Of a stretch of 64,000 nucleotides of DNA, positions 20,409 to 31,156 are shown piece by piece (position 1 is the stretch's first letter; every line of letters begins with the position of its first letter). The stretch spans positions 3,232,001-3,296,000 of the forward strand of contig CAWEEQ010000004.1 of the NCBI GenBank assembly GCA_963808235.1. The letters are read 5' to 3'. A program made the translations under genes and the position numbers. Below the pieces are notes generated by a model that saw nothing but the letters and a program-made list of their open reading frames with translations, was not told where the DNA came from and searched no databases. Origin of the DNA: an uncultured delta proteobacterium. GTDB lineage: Bacteria > Desulfobacterota > Binatia > Binatales > Binataceae.

Positions 20409-21632
20409 ATGGCAACCTTCGGCAAGGCGCTCGAAAACGTCCGGATCCTCGATTTTACCTGGGTCGTCGCCGGTCCCGTCGCAACTCGCGTCCTCGGCGA
20501 TCATGGCGCGGAAGTCGTGAAAGTCGAGCGCAAAAATCCGCCCCCGCTCGGCAACCGCAAGCTCGGCCTCCAATGCGATCTCCATCGCGACAAACTTTCG
20601 CTCGCGCTCAACATGCAGCATCCGCGCGGCGTCGAGCTCGCACGCCGCCTCGCCGCGAAGAGCGACATCGTGATGGATAACTTCTCGGCGCGCGTGATGC
20701 GCAGCTGGGGGATGGATTACGAAAGTCTGAAGGCGGTCAAGCCCGATATTATTTGCATCAGCATGTCCGGCCTCGGCCACACCGGCCCGCTTTCGAGCTA
20801 CGTCAGCTACGGACCGACGCTGCAGGCGCTCACCGGCTACACGCTCCTGATGGCCGAAGCCGACGGCACGCCCGCCGGCTACGGTTACTCGTACGCCGAC
20901 ATGTGCGGAGGATACACGGGCGCGCTCGCGGCGCTGGTCGCACTATGGAATCGCCGCCGCACCGGCCGCGGCCAGTTCATCGACTTGTCACAGTTGGAAG
21001 CAGTCGCAAGCGTGATCGGTCCCGCGCTGCTCGACATATCCGCGAACGGCCGGACCCAGTCGGCGCCTGGATACGTTTCGCAGGAAGGACCAGCCGCGCC
21101 GCATGGCGTTTACAAATGCCGGCCGCTCAAGAATGACGACGGCTCAGTCGACGACGATCGATGGATCGCGATCTCGGTGCGCACCCACTCGGAATGGCGC
21201 CGGTTCGTGACCGCTCTTGGCTCTCCGTCGTGGGCGAGCGAGCCAAGCTTCCGCACGCTCTATCTGCGGATGCGCAATGGCGCGGCGCTCGACGCGAACA
21301 TCTCGCGATGGACAACGGAGCAAACGGCGGAAGACGCGATGATCACTTTGCAGAACGCGGGCATCGCCGCCGGCGTCGTGCAGAACGGCGTCGACATCTG
21401 CGCGCGCGATCCGCAACTCAAAGAGCGCGGCTTCTGGCCGACTGTCTCGACCGCGAAGGGCGCGACAACCCAGGTCACCGGCATCCCGTTCAAGCTCTCC
21501 GGCGTTTCCGGCCAGGTCCGCACCATCGCTCCCGAAGTCGGCGAGAACAACGACTACGTCCTCGGCGAACTGCTGGGCCTGAGCCGCGCCGAGCAGGAGT
21601 CGCTGATCGCCGAAGAGGCGGTCTGGCCCTGA
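20409..21632 (+). CDS. family III CoA-transferase (CaiB/BaiF), subunit 2
   Basis: ILDFTWVVAGP, GAEVVKVE, DNFS, YADMCGG (catalytic Asp position) and APEVGENN. Confidence 0.92.
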   Translation: MATFGKALENVRILDFTWVVAGPVATRVLGDHGAEVVKVERKNPPPLGNRKLGLQCDLHRDKLSLALNMQHPRGVELARRLAAKSDIVMDNFSARVMRSWGMDYESLKAVKPDIICISMSGLGHTGPLSSYVSYGPTLQALTGYTLLMAEADGTPAGYGYSYADMCGGYTGALAALVALWNRRRTGRGQFIDLSQLEAVASVIGPALLDISANGRTQSAPGYVSQEGPAAPHGVYKCRPLKNDDGSVDDDRWIAISVRTHSEWRRFVTALGSPSWASEPSFRTLYLRMRNGAALDANISRWTTEQTAEDAMITLQNAGIAAGVVQNGVDICARDPQLKERGFWPTVSTAKGATTQVTGIPFKLSGVSGQVRTIAPEVGENNDYVLGELLGLSRAEQESLIAEEAVWP

Positions 21633-21639
21633 CGTTTGT

Positions 21640-22341
21640 TCAGCGGAGCTGATCGGCCATCTTACGGAAATCTGGATCCTTCTTCTTGCGCATGAGCTCT
21701 GCGGCGGTGACGCCGTCCTTGTTCTTGATATCGCCGCGAGCGCGATGCGCGATCAGCATCGGGAAATGTTTCTTGTCACTCGACTTCTTCAACATGTAGT
21801 GAAGTGCGGTCATGCCCTTGGAGTCCTGGTAGTTCACGTCGGCGCCGAGTTTCAGCAATTCTTCGGCGGACCTGAAGTGGCTCCATTTGATCGCGTCGAG
21901 AAACGGCCGCGCATCGACCGACGGGTCATTGACGTTCGCGCCGTGACGGACCAGCAGCCTGATTGCGTCGAGATCGTCATTGAACGAGGCCGCCCACAGG
22001 CAATAGTTCGGCGTTAAGCCCTTCTTCAGCAGGTACTCTGCGAGCGCGAGATTGTTGCCGCGTGCGATCGCATACCAGAGCGGGGTCGCCTTCCACTTCC
22101 CCTCAGTGAAGGCCTCCTGGTTGATATCCAGCCCGCGCCGGAGCAAGACTTCCGCTGTTTTGATGCTGTCACCGGCTTTCAACTTCCCGCCCTTTAAGTT
22201 CACGCCGCAGCAGAGATGGAGCCAGTTTCGACCGCGCTCATCGCGCACCGAAAGGAGATCGGGATTCCCCGCGAGCGCCTCGTCCACATCCCTGGATCGA
22301 AACTCTTTGACGAGCGCGCTCATCCCGGTTTTCGAAACCAT
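21640..22341 (-). CDS. ankyrin-repeat protein
   Basis: GRNWLHL, ATPLWYAIARG, LLVRHGANVN, GADVNYQDSKGMTALH. Its own ATG sits 2 nt after the MFS stop. Confidence 0.85.
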   Translation of the reverse strand: MVSKTGMSALVKEFRSRDVDEALAGNPDLLSVRDERGRNWLHLCCGVNLKGGKLKAGDSIKTAEVLLRRGLDINQEAFTEGKWKATPLWYAIARGNNLALAEYLLKKGLTPNYCLWAASFNDDLDAIRLLVRHGANVNDPSVDARPFLDAIKWSHFRSAEELLKLGADVNYQDSKGMTALHYMLKKSSDKKHFPMLIAHRARGDIKNKDGVTAAELMRKKKDPDFRKMADQLR

Positions 22342-22343
22342 CG

Positions 22344-24192
22344 TTAGCTCAGTCCGGCGGGGCCCCCGGCGATCGCCGGGGCTGGGGTGCCTTCTTTGAG
22401 AGATTCGATGACCTCGCCCAGGTGAGCGCGGACTGCGTCGGCGGGGACTGCTCCGGCGGCGAGTTTGCGCGCCGGTGAAAGGCGTAGCAGGTGGAATACG
22501 AATATCGCGAATGCGATTCCCGCGGTCACCACCACGATCGAAATCATCGCGCCCGGATCGGTCCGCAGCGAGCTCACGCGATGCAGCACGTATGCGATCG
22601 ACAACAGCGAGACTCCGAGCGACGGCCGCTGCTGCGGTGAGCACGTCGCGCATCGGCTGCGAACTGCCTTTGAGGAGATAGCGGCGAAGTTCGCCGGCGG
22701 AAAAATAATCGAGGAACCATCCGGTGTCGTCTTCGACCCTGCCAGTCTTGGGCGGCGGTACCATCAGGTTGGTCATCGGATCGAGCGCAGCCTCGCCGCG
22801 CTGATGGCGCTCGATGCCGTCGAGGATCGCGCGATGAATCTTTTCAGTGATCGGAAACCTCCGCGCGATCAGGAATGACAGCAATGCGAAGACTGCGGGG
22901 CCGAGCGCGAAGATCGCGCGGATAGCATAGACGACGCGCGGCGATTGGATCGCGTTGGGTACGTAGCCCATCGAGGCGAGAATCGCGATTGGGACTGCGG
23001 CGCTGGGAATCGCGACGAACTTCGGGAGCATCGACCAGAACGCACTGTACTGCGCCTCGCGCCGTTTGCCGGTGTAGAGTTCGTCGTAATCGATCACGTC
23101 GGCCTGCATCGAAGGGGTCAGGAACAAGCCCGCGCCGAATCCGATTCCGGCCCAGCAAATCAGCACCAGCAGCCACCATTCGTCGCCCGGCCCCAGCAGG
23201 AACATCGCGGCGCCGCCGGTGATACCGAGAAAGAAGCTCGCGAGATAGGCCTTCAACTTGCCGACCCTGCGCGCGATCGCGACCCACATTGGTAGCGAGA
23301 AAAATCCGAACACGAAGTATCCGAGCAGGAACATCGAAAGCCACAGCCCGGGATTTTTCGGGCGGATAACGTAGGCGTTGAAAAACGGCATCATCGTGGC
23401 GGGAATCGCGCCGGTGATGCTCCCGACCACATAGCTTGCGAGCAGAATCGCGAACGGCCGGTTGCGGAGCGCGCGCCGTACTCCGGGAACCAGCGGATTC
23501 GATTCGCGGGCGGCGAAATCCGGCCGCTCCTTCACGGTCAGCACCAGCAGGCCGTAGAGCACGGTCAGCATCACGCCGAAAAAAATCCCGAGCCGGAAGA
23601 ATACCTGCCGCTCGTTCAAGTGGAGGGCCTGCATCATGATGCCCGGGGCGGCTGAGGCGACGATCGTTCCGAGGATCGTAAACGACTCGCGCCACGCGAA
23701 CAGGCTCGAGCGCTCGTGATAGTCACTGGTGAGCTCCGGCCCGAGCGCGTAATGCGGAAGGATGTAGATCGTATGAAATATGAAATAGAGGATGAACGTC
23801 ACGCCGAACCAGATCGCGGCGCGCCCGCCGGTCAGCGACTCGGGCGGGTTCAGCAACGCGAAAAACGCCAACCCGCAGAGCGGTGCGCCAATCAGCATGT
23901 AGGGCCGCCGCCTGCCGAGCCGGGTATGGGTATGGTCCGAGATCCAGCCCATCAGCGGATCGCTCAGCGCGTCGAGCGAGCGGGCGATTGCGATCGCCAT
24001 CGCCAGGTACCCGAGCGGGACCAGCACCACGTCGGCATAGAACTTGGGCATGTGGATGAAGATCGGAATGATCATCGCGGCGCCGGCGAAGCTTGGCGCG
24101 CCGTAAAGGAGCTTGATCCTTAAGGTCAGCGGCGCCGCGCTATGTGCCGCAATCGCGGATACGGCGCCGTTTTTCGATTCCGCCAAGTCCAT
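22344..24192 (-). CDS. MFS glycoside-pentoside-hexuronide (MelB-like) transporter (frameshift near 22620)
   Basis: DALSDPLMGWISD, TRLGRRRPY, PHYALGPELT..ERSSL, ADVIDYDE..GKRRE. The hydrophobic C-terminus continues in ORF 22344-22604. Confidence 0.88.
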
Positions 24193-24326
24193 TCAGTACC
24201 TCCGGGCCTCGTTCCCGATGCGCGTTCACTCTACTTGGGGGTCGTCGATCAGGCCAATCGCTAGTGCAGTCCGGTTGCGCTAGTCTCATAGTGGCTGGCT
24301 GTTAACAGCCGGTCGGGGGGATTTGT

Positions 24327-25860
24327 TTGCACGCGAGCGTTTTATCGAGCGCGCTGGTCGGAGTTGACGCGTTTCCGGTCGAAGTCGAGATCGACATCGG
24401 ATCGGGGATACCGCCGCATCGGCTGGTCGGGCTGGCGGAGGGCGCGGTCAAGGAATCGCTCGACCGGGTCAAGTCGGCGCTCAAAAATTCGGGGTTCGAG
24501 TTTCCGACTCGCAAGATGACGATTAACCTCGCGCCGGCCGACACCCGCAAGGAGGGCTCGGCGTTCGATCTTCCGCTCGCGCTTGGAATTCTCGCCGCGC
24601 AAAACGTGCTCAAGGATCGCGCTCGGCTGCGCGCCTACCTGATCCTCGGCGAACTCGCGCTCGACGGCCGGATCAAAGGAATCCGCGGCGCGCTGGCGAC
24701 CGCGCTGCTGGCCCGCTCGGGCAAGTTCGACGGCGTGCTCCTGCCGCGCGAGAACGCGTCGGAGGCGTCGGTGGTCGGCGAGGGGACCGCGGTGCTCGGA
24801 GTCGAGAGCCTGCGCGAGGCGTTCGAGTTTTTCGAGGGCCTGCGTCCGCTTGAATCGACGCCCAGCGATCTTACCGCCGCGTTCGGCGCGGCGAATCATT
24901 ACGACGTCGATTTCAGCGAGGTCAAAGGCCAGGAGCAGGCCAAGCGCGCGCTGGAAGTCGCTGCCGCCGGCGGGCATAACGTGCTTGATGATCGGGCCGC
25001 CCGGCTCGGGCAAGACGATGCTCGCCAAGCGGCTGCCCTCGATCCTGCCGGCGATGACCTTCGAGGAGGCAATCGAAACCACCAAGGTGCACAGCGTGAT
25101 GGGTCTGCTCGACGGACGGGCGCTTATCACGACGCGACCGTTCCGCTCGCCGCATCACACGATCTCCGATGCGGGCCTGATAGGCGGCGGCTCGGTGCCG
25201 CGGCCGGGCGAAGTCAGCCTGGCGCATCATGGGGTGCTGTTCCTCGACGAATTGCCCGAGTTCCGCAAAAACGTGCTCGAGGTTTTACGCCAGCCGCTCG
25301 AGGACGCGCGCATCACGATCTCCCGCGTGATGGGGACGCTCACCTTTCCCGCTTCGGTGATGCTGGTGGCGGCGATGAATCCGTGCCCGTGCGGCTTCTA
25401 CACCGACACGCAGCACGAATGCTCATGCTCGCCGATTGGGATTCAGCGCTACCGCTCGCGAATCTCGGGCCCGCTGCTCGATCGAATCGACATCCATATC
25501 GAAGTGCCTGCGGTGAAGTATAAAGACTTGACCGATCGCATCGCGCGCGAGCCGTCGGCCGCGATTCGCGAGCGGGTCAATCGTGCGCGCGAGGTTCAAC
25601 TCGAGCGTTTTGCCGGGATGACATTTTTCTGCAACGCGCAGATGGGCGCGCGCGACCTGCGGCTACATTGCCAGATCGAAAGCTCGGGCGAGCGGCTGCT
25701 CGAGCTGGCGATCAATCGGCTCGGGCTTAGCGCGCGCGCCTATACGCGAATCCTGAAGGTCGCGCGCACGATCGCCGATCTCGACGGCGGCGGCGCAATC
25801 CAGGCGCATCATGTGAGCGAGGCGATTCAGTACCGCTCGCTGGACCGCAGCGCGCCTTAA
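24327..25860 (+). CDS. comM: YifB/ComM Mg-chelatase-like AAA+ ATPase (frameshift near 24987)
   Basis: [68 protein letters not shown]. Confidence 0.92.
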
Positions 25861-26068
25861 GTGTGCGGCCAGATCCTCTCCCCTTAGCGTAAATTCACGT
25901 TTGTTTATGCGTATTTGTGCCATATCTTCAATCCTGTTGGACCCCTCTTGATGGACCCTCTTGATGTGTCGGCGTCATCGCGCTAGCTAATTTGCCAGAT
26001 AAGTCGTGGTAATGACCTGAAGGCGCGGAAACTCCGTCTTTTCGACGGCGTTCCGCAGGAGGTCTGCG

Positions 26069-26170
26069 ATGACTGGCATGGCGCGTATGGCAATATTCTT
26101 CGTCCTGGGATCGGCAATCACAGTAGGGGCCTTGGTAGTGGCCAGCTACCTGGCGACGTCAGCCGGTTAG
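26069..26170 (+). CDS. 33-aa single-TM small protein
   Basis: AGGAGGT RBS 5 nt before ATG; MTGMARMAIFFVLGSAITVGALVVASYLATSAG. Confidence 0.55.
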   Translation: MTGMARMAIFFVLGSAITVGALVVASYLATSAG

Positions 26171-26342
26171 GTTCCAGGTCGTCGCCCGTCGCAATGACGG
26201 GCGAATATTTCGCCGACGCTCTTCGTCCGCGGCCGAGAGCAGACCGCGCAGGATGATTTCGTGCTCGGGTCCGCTTTGTCTATTCTGATGCGCATGACCC
26301 CTCGTTCAATCGCGTGCCTCACGTGAGCGCTCGAGCGCAAGC

Positions 26343-27221
26343 GTGAGCGATGCGCCGCCAGAGTTTGCTGCCCGGTACGCATCGGCGCTCGCGCGGCTAT
26401 GCAAGCGCGCTCGCGCAGAGCGGTGGAATCTCGGCACTGACGCTTTGACGGAGGCAGCGGCGCGCGGAGCGCTCAAATCGGGAGCGGCCGAAGATGTTGG
26501 CGTCGACGCATATCTCGACGCGCTCCACGCCGAGGATCTGGCGCTCGCGGTCGCATGCCGCAACGGCGATTCGCGTGCGTGGGAGCATTTCATTGCGAGC
26601 CTTAGGCCGTCGCTCTACGCGGCGGGGCGCGCGATCGCAGGCGACGAGATGCGCGGGCGCGAACTCGCCGACTCGCTATGGGCCGACTTGTACGGCCTCG
26701 ACGTGCGCGACGGACGCCGGCGCTCGTTATTGGAATATTTTCACGGCCGCAGCTCGCTTCTGACCTGGATGCGCGCGATGCTCGCGCAGCGTCACGTCGA
26801 TTACATCCGCTCCCAGAGCCGTACCGAGCCACTCGACGAGGTCGTCGAAAATTCGCGTATCGATCCGAATAGCAACCATAACGAAAGGGATTCGTCCGAG
26901 CCCGAACGCGCGCGTTACGTGGCGATGCTCGGTCTCGCGCTGGATATCGCGTTGAAGGCGCTCACGCCGCAGGACCGGATGCGCATGGCCTACTACTACC
27001 GGCATCAACTATCGCTCAAGGAAATCGGGCGCCTTTTGGGCGAGCATGAATCGACGGTATCGCGAAAGATTGCGCGCACGCGCGACCATTTGAAGAGCGA
27101 GATCGAGCGGAGGCTTCGCGATATCGAGCGCTTAAGCCAGGACCAGATTCGCCTGTGTTATGATTTTGCGGCCGGCGATTTGCAGTTCGATCTCGCCAAG
27201 GCGTTCCCGGATTTACAATGA
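26343..27221 (+). CDS. ECF sigma-70 factor with N-terminal extension
   Basis: DLALAVACRNGDSRAWEHF, GRSSLLTW, region-4 HTH LSLKEIGRLLGEHESTVSRKI. Confidence 0.88.
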   Translation: MSDAPPEFAARYASALARLCKRARAERWNLGTDALTEAAARGALKSGAAEDVGVDAYLDALHAEDLALAVACRNGDSRAWEHFIASLRPSLYAAGRAIAGDEMRGRELADSLWADLYGLDVRDGRRRSLLEYFHGRSSLLTWMRAMLAQRHVDYIRSQSRTEPLDEVVENSRIDPNSNHNERDSSEPERARYVAMLGLALDIALKALTPQDRMRMAYYYRHQLSLKEIGRLLGEHESTVSRKIARTRDHLKSEIERRLRDIERLSQDQIRLCYDFAAGDLQFDLAKAFPDLQ

Positions 27222-27300
27222 GTCTCGCAATGAATCTCGCAATGAATCGACGTTGGCAGTGCAATTTTCAGGCGCTCACTCGTTCCAAGGTAGAGGACCG

Positions 27301-28545
27301 TTGAAACGCGACGACCGCAATTCAGAACCGCTCGATGCAATCTTGCGCCGCGCCGCCGCGAGGCCGCCGGGGCCGGCCACGCCCGAGTGCGCCGACCCCG
27401 AGATGCTCGCCGCGTACTACGATCGTTCGCTCGTGCAGTCCGAGCGCGAGCGGCTCGAAGCGCATCTCGCGGATTGTGCACGATGCCAGATGCAGCTTGC
27501 CGCGATTTCCCGCTCCGACGAACGAGCCAACGATGCGGGGCCGGCGTTTGGCATCGCGTGGATGCGACAGCGATGGCGAATCGCAATCCCGGTGCTCGCA
27601 GCGGCCGCAGCGCTGTTGGTCGTGGTCCGCGCGATGCGTCCTTCCACGGAGGTCCGCCACGGTGAGCAGCTAGCGATGGCGAAGCATGAAGCTCCGCTCC
27701 CGGAGTTGGCCGCACCCGCATCGGCGCCGGCCGCTCAAGTCGCATCGGCGCCGCAGCCCGCAACGAACGAACTTGCGATGAACAACGCCAAGCGGGCCGA
27801 GCCGTCCGGGATGCATCAGATGGAACAACGCGAAGCGCATCGCGCCGCTGCGCCGCTTGCATACGCGCCCGCAGGCAAAGCGCAACTGCCCGCGGCCGCC
27901 TCGGAGGCCCGCAGCGCCGCGCTCGCATCGGGTATGCACCCAAGTGTGCCCAAGTCGCGCGCTCCGGAAAATGAGCCAACGACGAACGCATCAGGCGCCG
28001 CATACGCCCGCTCCAACGCGGGCGGCGGAAGTGCGATCGGAGCAGCGGGCGCTGCGCCGGAGACGCTCGTAATGATCTCGCCGCCGGAGCGCCCCGCGAT
28101 GCAGACGCAGACGACGAACCCGTCCGCAGGCGTTGCAGCCAGCGGAGCCCCGATAGTCGGGAGCACAATCGGCAGAGCGATGAGCGCCGGAGTGGGGGCA
28201 CTCGTAGCAAACTCGATGGGGCAGCGAGGACCGACCTGGATGGCTGGGAAACGCGGAACAATCCTGTTTCGCGACGCCAACGGAACTACTCGCCCACAGT
28301 ACAGCGGCGTCGAGGCAGATCTGACCGCCGGCGCTGCTCCGTCGGAGACGGTCTGCTGGATCGTCGGCCGAAGTGGAACGATCATCCGCACAACCGACGG
28401 CGAAAATTGGACGAAGATCGCGTCGCCCACCAATGCAGACCTCTTTGCGATCGTCGCCGACAGCGCCGAGCATGCGATCGTGACCACCGTGACCGCGAAG
28501 AATTTCGAAACATCTGACGGCGGCACAAGCTGGCATCCGCAGTAA
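27301..28545 (+). CDS. zf-HC2 anti-sigma factor with TM helix and C-terminal YCF48/BNR-like repeats
   Basis: CADPEMLAAY...HLADCARC, TM IAIPVLAAAAALLVVV, CWIVGRSGTIIRTTDGENW, TSDGGTSW. TTG start with AGAGGA RBS. Confidence 0.85.
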   Translation: MKRDDRNSEPLDAILRRAAARPPGPATPECADPEMLAAYYDRSLVQSERERLEAHLADCARCQMQLAAISRSDERANDAGPAFGIAWMRQRWRIAIPVLAAAAALLVVVRAMRPSTEVRHGEQLAMAKHEAPLPELAAPASAPAAQVASAPQPATNELAMNNAKRAEPSGMHQMEQREAHRAAAPLAYAPAGKAQLPAAASEARSAALASGMHPSVPKSRAPENEPTTNASGAAYARSNAGGGSAIGAAGAAPETLVMISPPERPAMQTQTTNPSAGVAASGAPIVGSTIGRAMSAGVGALVANSMGQRGPTWMAGKRGTILFRDANGTTRPQYSGVEADLTAGAAPSETVCWIVGRSGTIIRTTDGENWTKIASPTNADLFAIVADSAEHAIVTTVTAKNFETSDGGTSWHPQ

Positions 28546-28618
28546 AGAATCACCGCGACCGAAATTCTCTGCAAGAAAATCATCCGGCATCGTTCAAAGA
28601 GTCGAGAGGGACGACTCG

Positions 28619-29569
28619 ATGGACGCATTGCCCGCGCCGACAATCTCGATCGACACAAGCGTTTCGCGCTGGGCGCGGCTCTGCGCCGTGTCCTTTCCCG
28701 GCTCGCTGATCGATCCGCGACTCTTTCAGATCTTCTCGCTGGGCATCCTGCTCTCGGCGGGTGCGTACTTCCGCGATTTCAGCCTTCGTTCGGAGCAGGT
28801 CGTACTGACATTTGCCGCGGGCTTGCTCATGCAGCGCGGATGCTGGCGTCTGAGTCCATCGAAGCCGCGCTCGTATCGAAGCGCGATCATCACCTGCCTC
28901 AGCCTCGCGCTGCTGCTGCGCGCCGATAACCTGTTCGCTCATCCGATTGCCGCCGCCGCCGCGATCTCTTCGAAGTCGATTTTCCGATTTCGCGGGAAGC
29001 ATCTGTTCAATCCGGCGACCTTCGGCGTCGTCTTCGCGATCGTTTTTCTTCCCGGGACGTGGGTGTCGCCGGGCCAGTGGGGACAGGACTTCGCGATCGC
29101 CGGATGGGTCGTGATGCTTGGGATCCTGGTGACCGAGCGCGCGCGGCGCAGCGATATCAGCTGGACGTTTCTCGGCTTCTATCTCGGCGCGCTCGCGATT
29201 CGAGTCGCGTATCTCGGCCAGCGCTGGGCGGTCTGGACCCATCAGTTGGAGAGCGGCGCGCTGTTGCTGTTCGCGTTCTTCATGATTTCCGATCCGATGA
29301 CCGGTCCCAACGCTCGCCGCGGACGAGTCGGGCACGCCGCGATTGTCGCCGCAGCGGCGTACGCGTTGCAGTTCGGTCTCTACCGCACCAACGGACTTAT
29401 CTGGGCGCTGTTTGCCGCGGCGCCATGCGTTCCGATCTGGGACGCGATTTGGCCCGCGCGAAAATTTCAATGGTCACAAAATGGAGGTGGCGATGAAACC
29501 GTTACTGTTTCGAAAACCGATGCTCGCGATAGTTCTGTTCGCGGCGACAATGCTCGCAGGGCCGCATGA
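28619..29569 (+). CDS. RnfD/NqrB-like polytopic membrane protein
   Basis: DPRLFQI, SKSIFRFRGKHLFNPATFG, LLFAFFMISDPMT motifs. Confidence 0.78.
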   Translation: MDALPAPTISIDTSVSRWARLCAVSFPGSLIDPRLFQIFSLGILLSAGAYFRDFSLRSEQVVLTFAAGLLMQRGCWRLSPSKPRSYRSAIITCLSLALLLRADNLFAHPIAAAAAISSKSIFRFRGKHLFNPATFGVVFAIVFLPGTWVSPGQWGQDFAIAGWVVMLGILVTERARRSDISWTFLGFYLGALAIRVAYLGQRWAVWTHQLESGALLLFAFFMISDPMTGPNARRGRVGHAAIVAAAAYALQFGLYRTNGLIWALFAAAPCVPIWDAIWPARKFQWSQNGGGDETVTVSKTDARDSSVRGDNARRAA

Positions 29570-30920
29570 TGCGCGCGCGTTCTGCGGCTTCTACGTCGGC
29601 AAGGCCGACGCGGCCCTCGTCAATCACGGCTCGCAGGTCGTCGTGGCGCATCATGACGACAAGACGGTTATCAGCCTGATGAACGATTACCAGGGCGAGC
29701 CGTCGGAGTTTGCGCTGGTGGTGCCAGTGCCGGTGGTCCTGCAGAAGGGGCAGGTGCATATCGGCGATCGCGAGTTGTTCCAGAAGCTCGACGCATACAG
29801 TTCGCCGCGCCTGGTCGAGTATTTCGATCCCGACCCATGCCAGCTCATGCGGCCGATGGCGATGGCTGGAGCGGCGATTGGGCGGATGGAGATGGCCGCG
29901 CCCGCAAGCCGCGCTGAAGCCAACGCGCTCGGCGTCACGATCGAGGCCGAGTACACAGTCGGCGAATACGACATCGTGATTTTATCGGCAAAGGAATCGT
30001 CGGGACTGGAAACGTGGTTGCAACAAAGCGGCTACAAGATTCCGTACGGAGCGCAGCGCGCGCTCGAGCCATATATTCGCCAGGACATGAAGTTCTTCGT
30101 CGCGAAGGTCAACCTGGGCGAGCATCAGCGCACCGGGCTCAGCTATCTGCGCCCGATACAGTTTGCGTTCGAATCACCCAAGTTCATGCTGCCGATTCGT
30201 CTCGGGATGATTAACGCGCAGGGCCCGCAGGACCTGACTATCTACATGCTCACCGAAGAGGGCCGCGTCGAGACGACCAACTATCGCAACGTGAAATTGC
30301 CGACCGGCCTGAATATCCCCGAGTTCGTGCGTCCGGAGTTCGCCGATTTCTACAAGGCAATGTTCGACGAGCAGGTCAAGCGCAACGACATGCGCGCGGT
30401 GTTCACCGAGTACGCGTGGAACATGGGAACGTGCGATCCGTGCGCGGGGCCGCCGCTATCGCGGGAGGAGGTCAAGAGCCTCGGCGCGTACTGGCTCGAC
30501 GATCAGCAGGGCGGAGGCGGCATCGGGCGATTTCGTCCGGGCGCATGATGCGGCCCGGCGGCGCGATGCCCGGGATGATGCCGTACTTTCAGCCCGGCGT
30601 CGAAATGATACCGGTGACGCTCACTCGGCTGCACGTGCGCTACAGCGCCGACACCTTCCCCGAAGATCTTGTCTTCCAGGAGACGCAGGACCATGAAAAT
30701 TTTCAGACCCGCTTCGTGTTGCAGCATGCGTGGAACGGATCGCCCGACGCATGCTCGGAAGCCCGGAATTATTTCGAGAATCTGAACAAGCGCCGCGAGA
30801 CTGAAGCGGACGACGCTCGCGGATCTCACCGGATGGAACCTCGAGGACGTGATCAAAAAGGCCGGCCTCACGCCGGGCACACAGCCGAAGCCATGGTGGC
30901 AAGGCATCTGGGGATCGTGA
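29493..30920 (+). CDS. DUF2330-family exported protein (frameshifts near 30540 and 30810)
   Basis: Signal peptide then AFCGFYVGKAD, SSPRLVEYFDPDPC, FMLPIRLG, TEYAW, LTRLHVRY, LADLTGW...KPWWQGIW, spread over three frames. Confidence 0.8.
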
Positions 30921-30968
30921 CGCAATCTGATGGCGCGCGGGAGTCGAATCGCCCCGCGCGCCACGGCT

Positions 30969-31142
30969 TCACGGCTCGTCGAGGACTCTGATCAGTTTCG
31001 AAGTGTACGCGACCAGATCCTGGCAACTCGCACACCTTACGGTCTGCACTTCATTCTCCTCCACGTGGATGGACATCGTTTTCCCGCCGCATTTCGGACA
31101 GGTCAAAACGTTATCGGCAGGATCTGAGTTCCCTGAATTCAT
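30969..31142 (-). CDS. 57-aa zinc-ribbon protein
   Basis: CPKC...CASC pair; ATG 14 nt after the upstream gene stop. Confidence 0.55.
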   Translation of the reverse strand: MNSGNSDPADNVLTCPKCGGKTMSIHVEENEVQTVRCASCQDLVAYTSKLIRVLDEP

Positions 31143-31156
31143 CGCGGGCAGTCGGC

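Noticed and set aside
21640-24192. 850-aa MFS-ankyrin fusion in the ORF track
   Set aside because: The join is an out-of-frame Arg/Pro-rich stretch. One extra base near 22620 restores an MFS ending at 22344 and a separate ankyrin gene starting at 22341.
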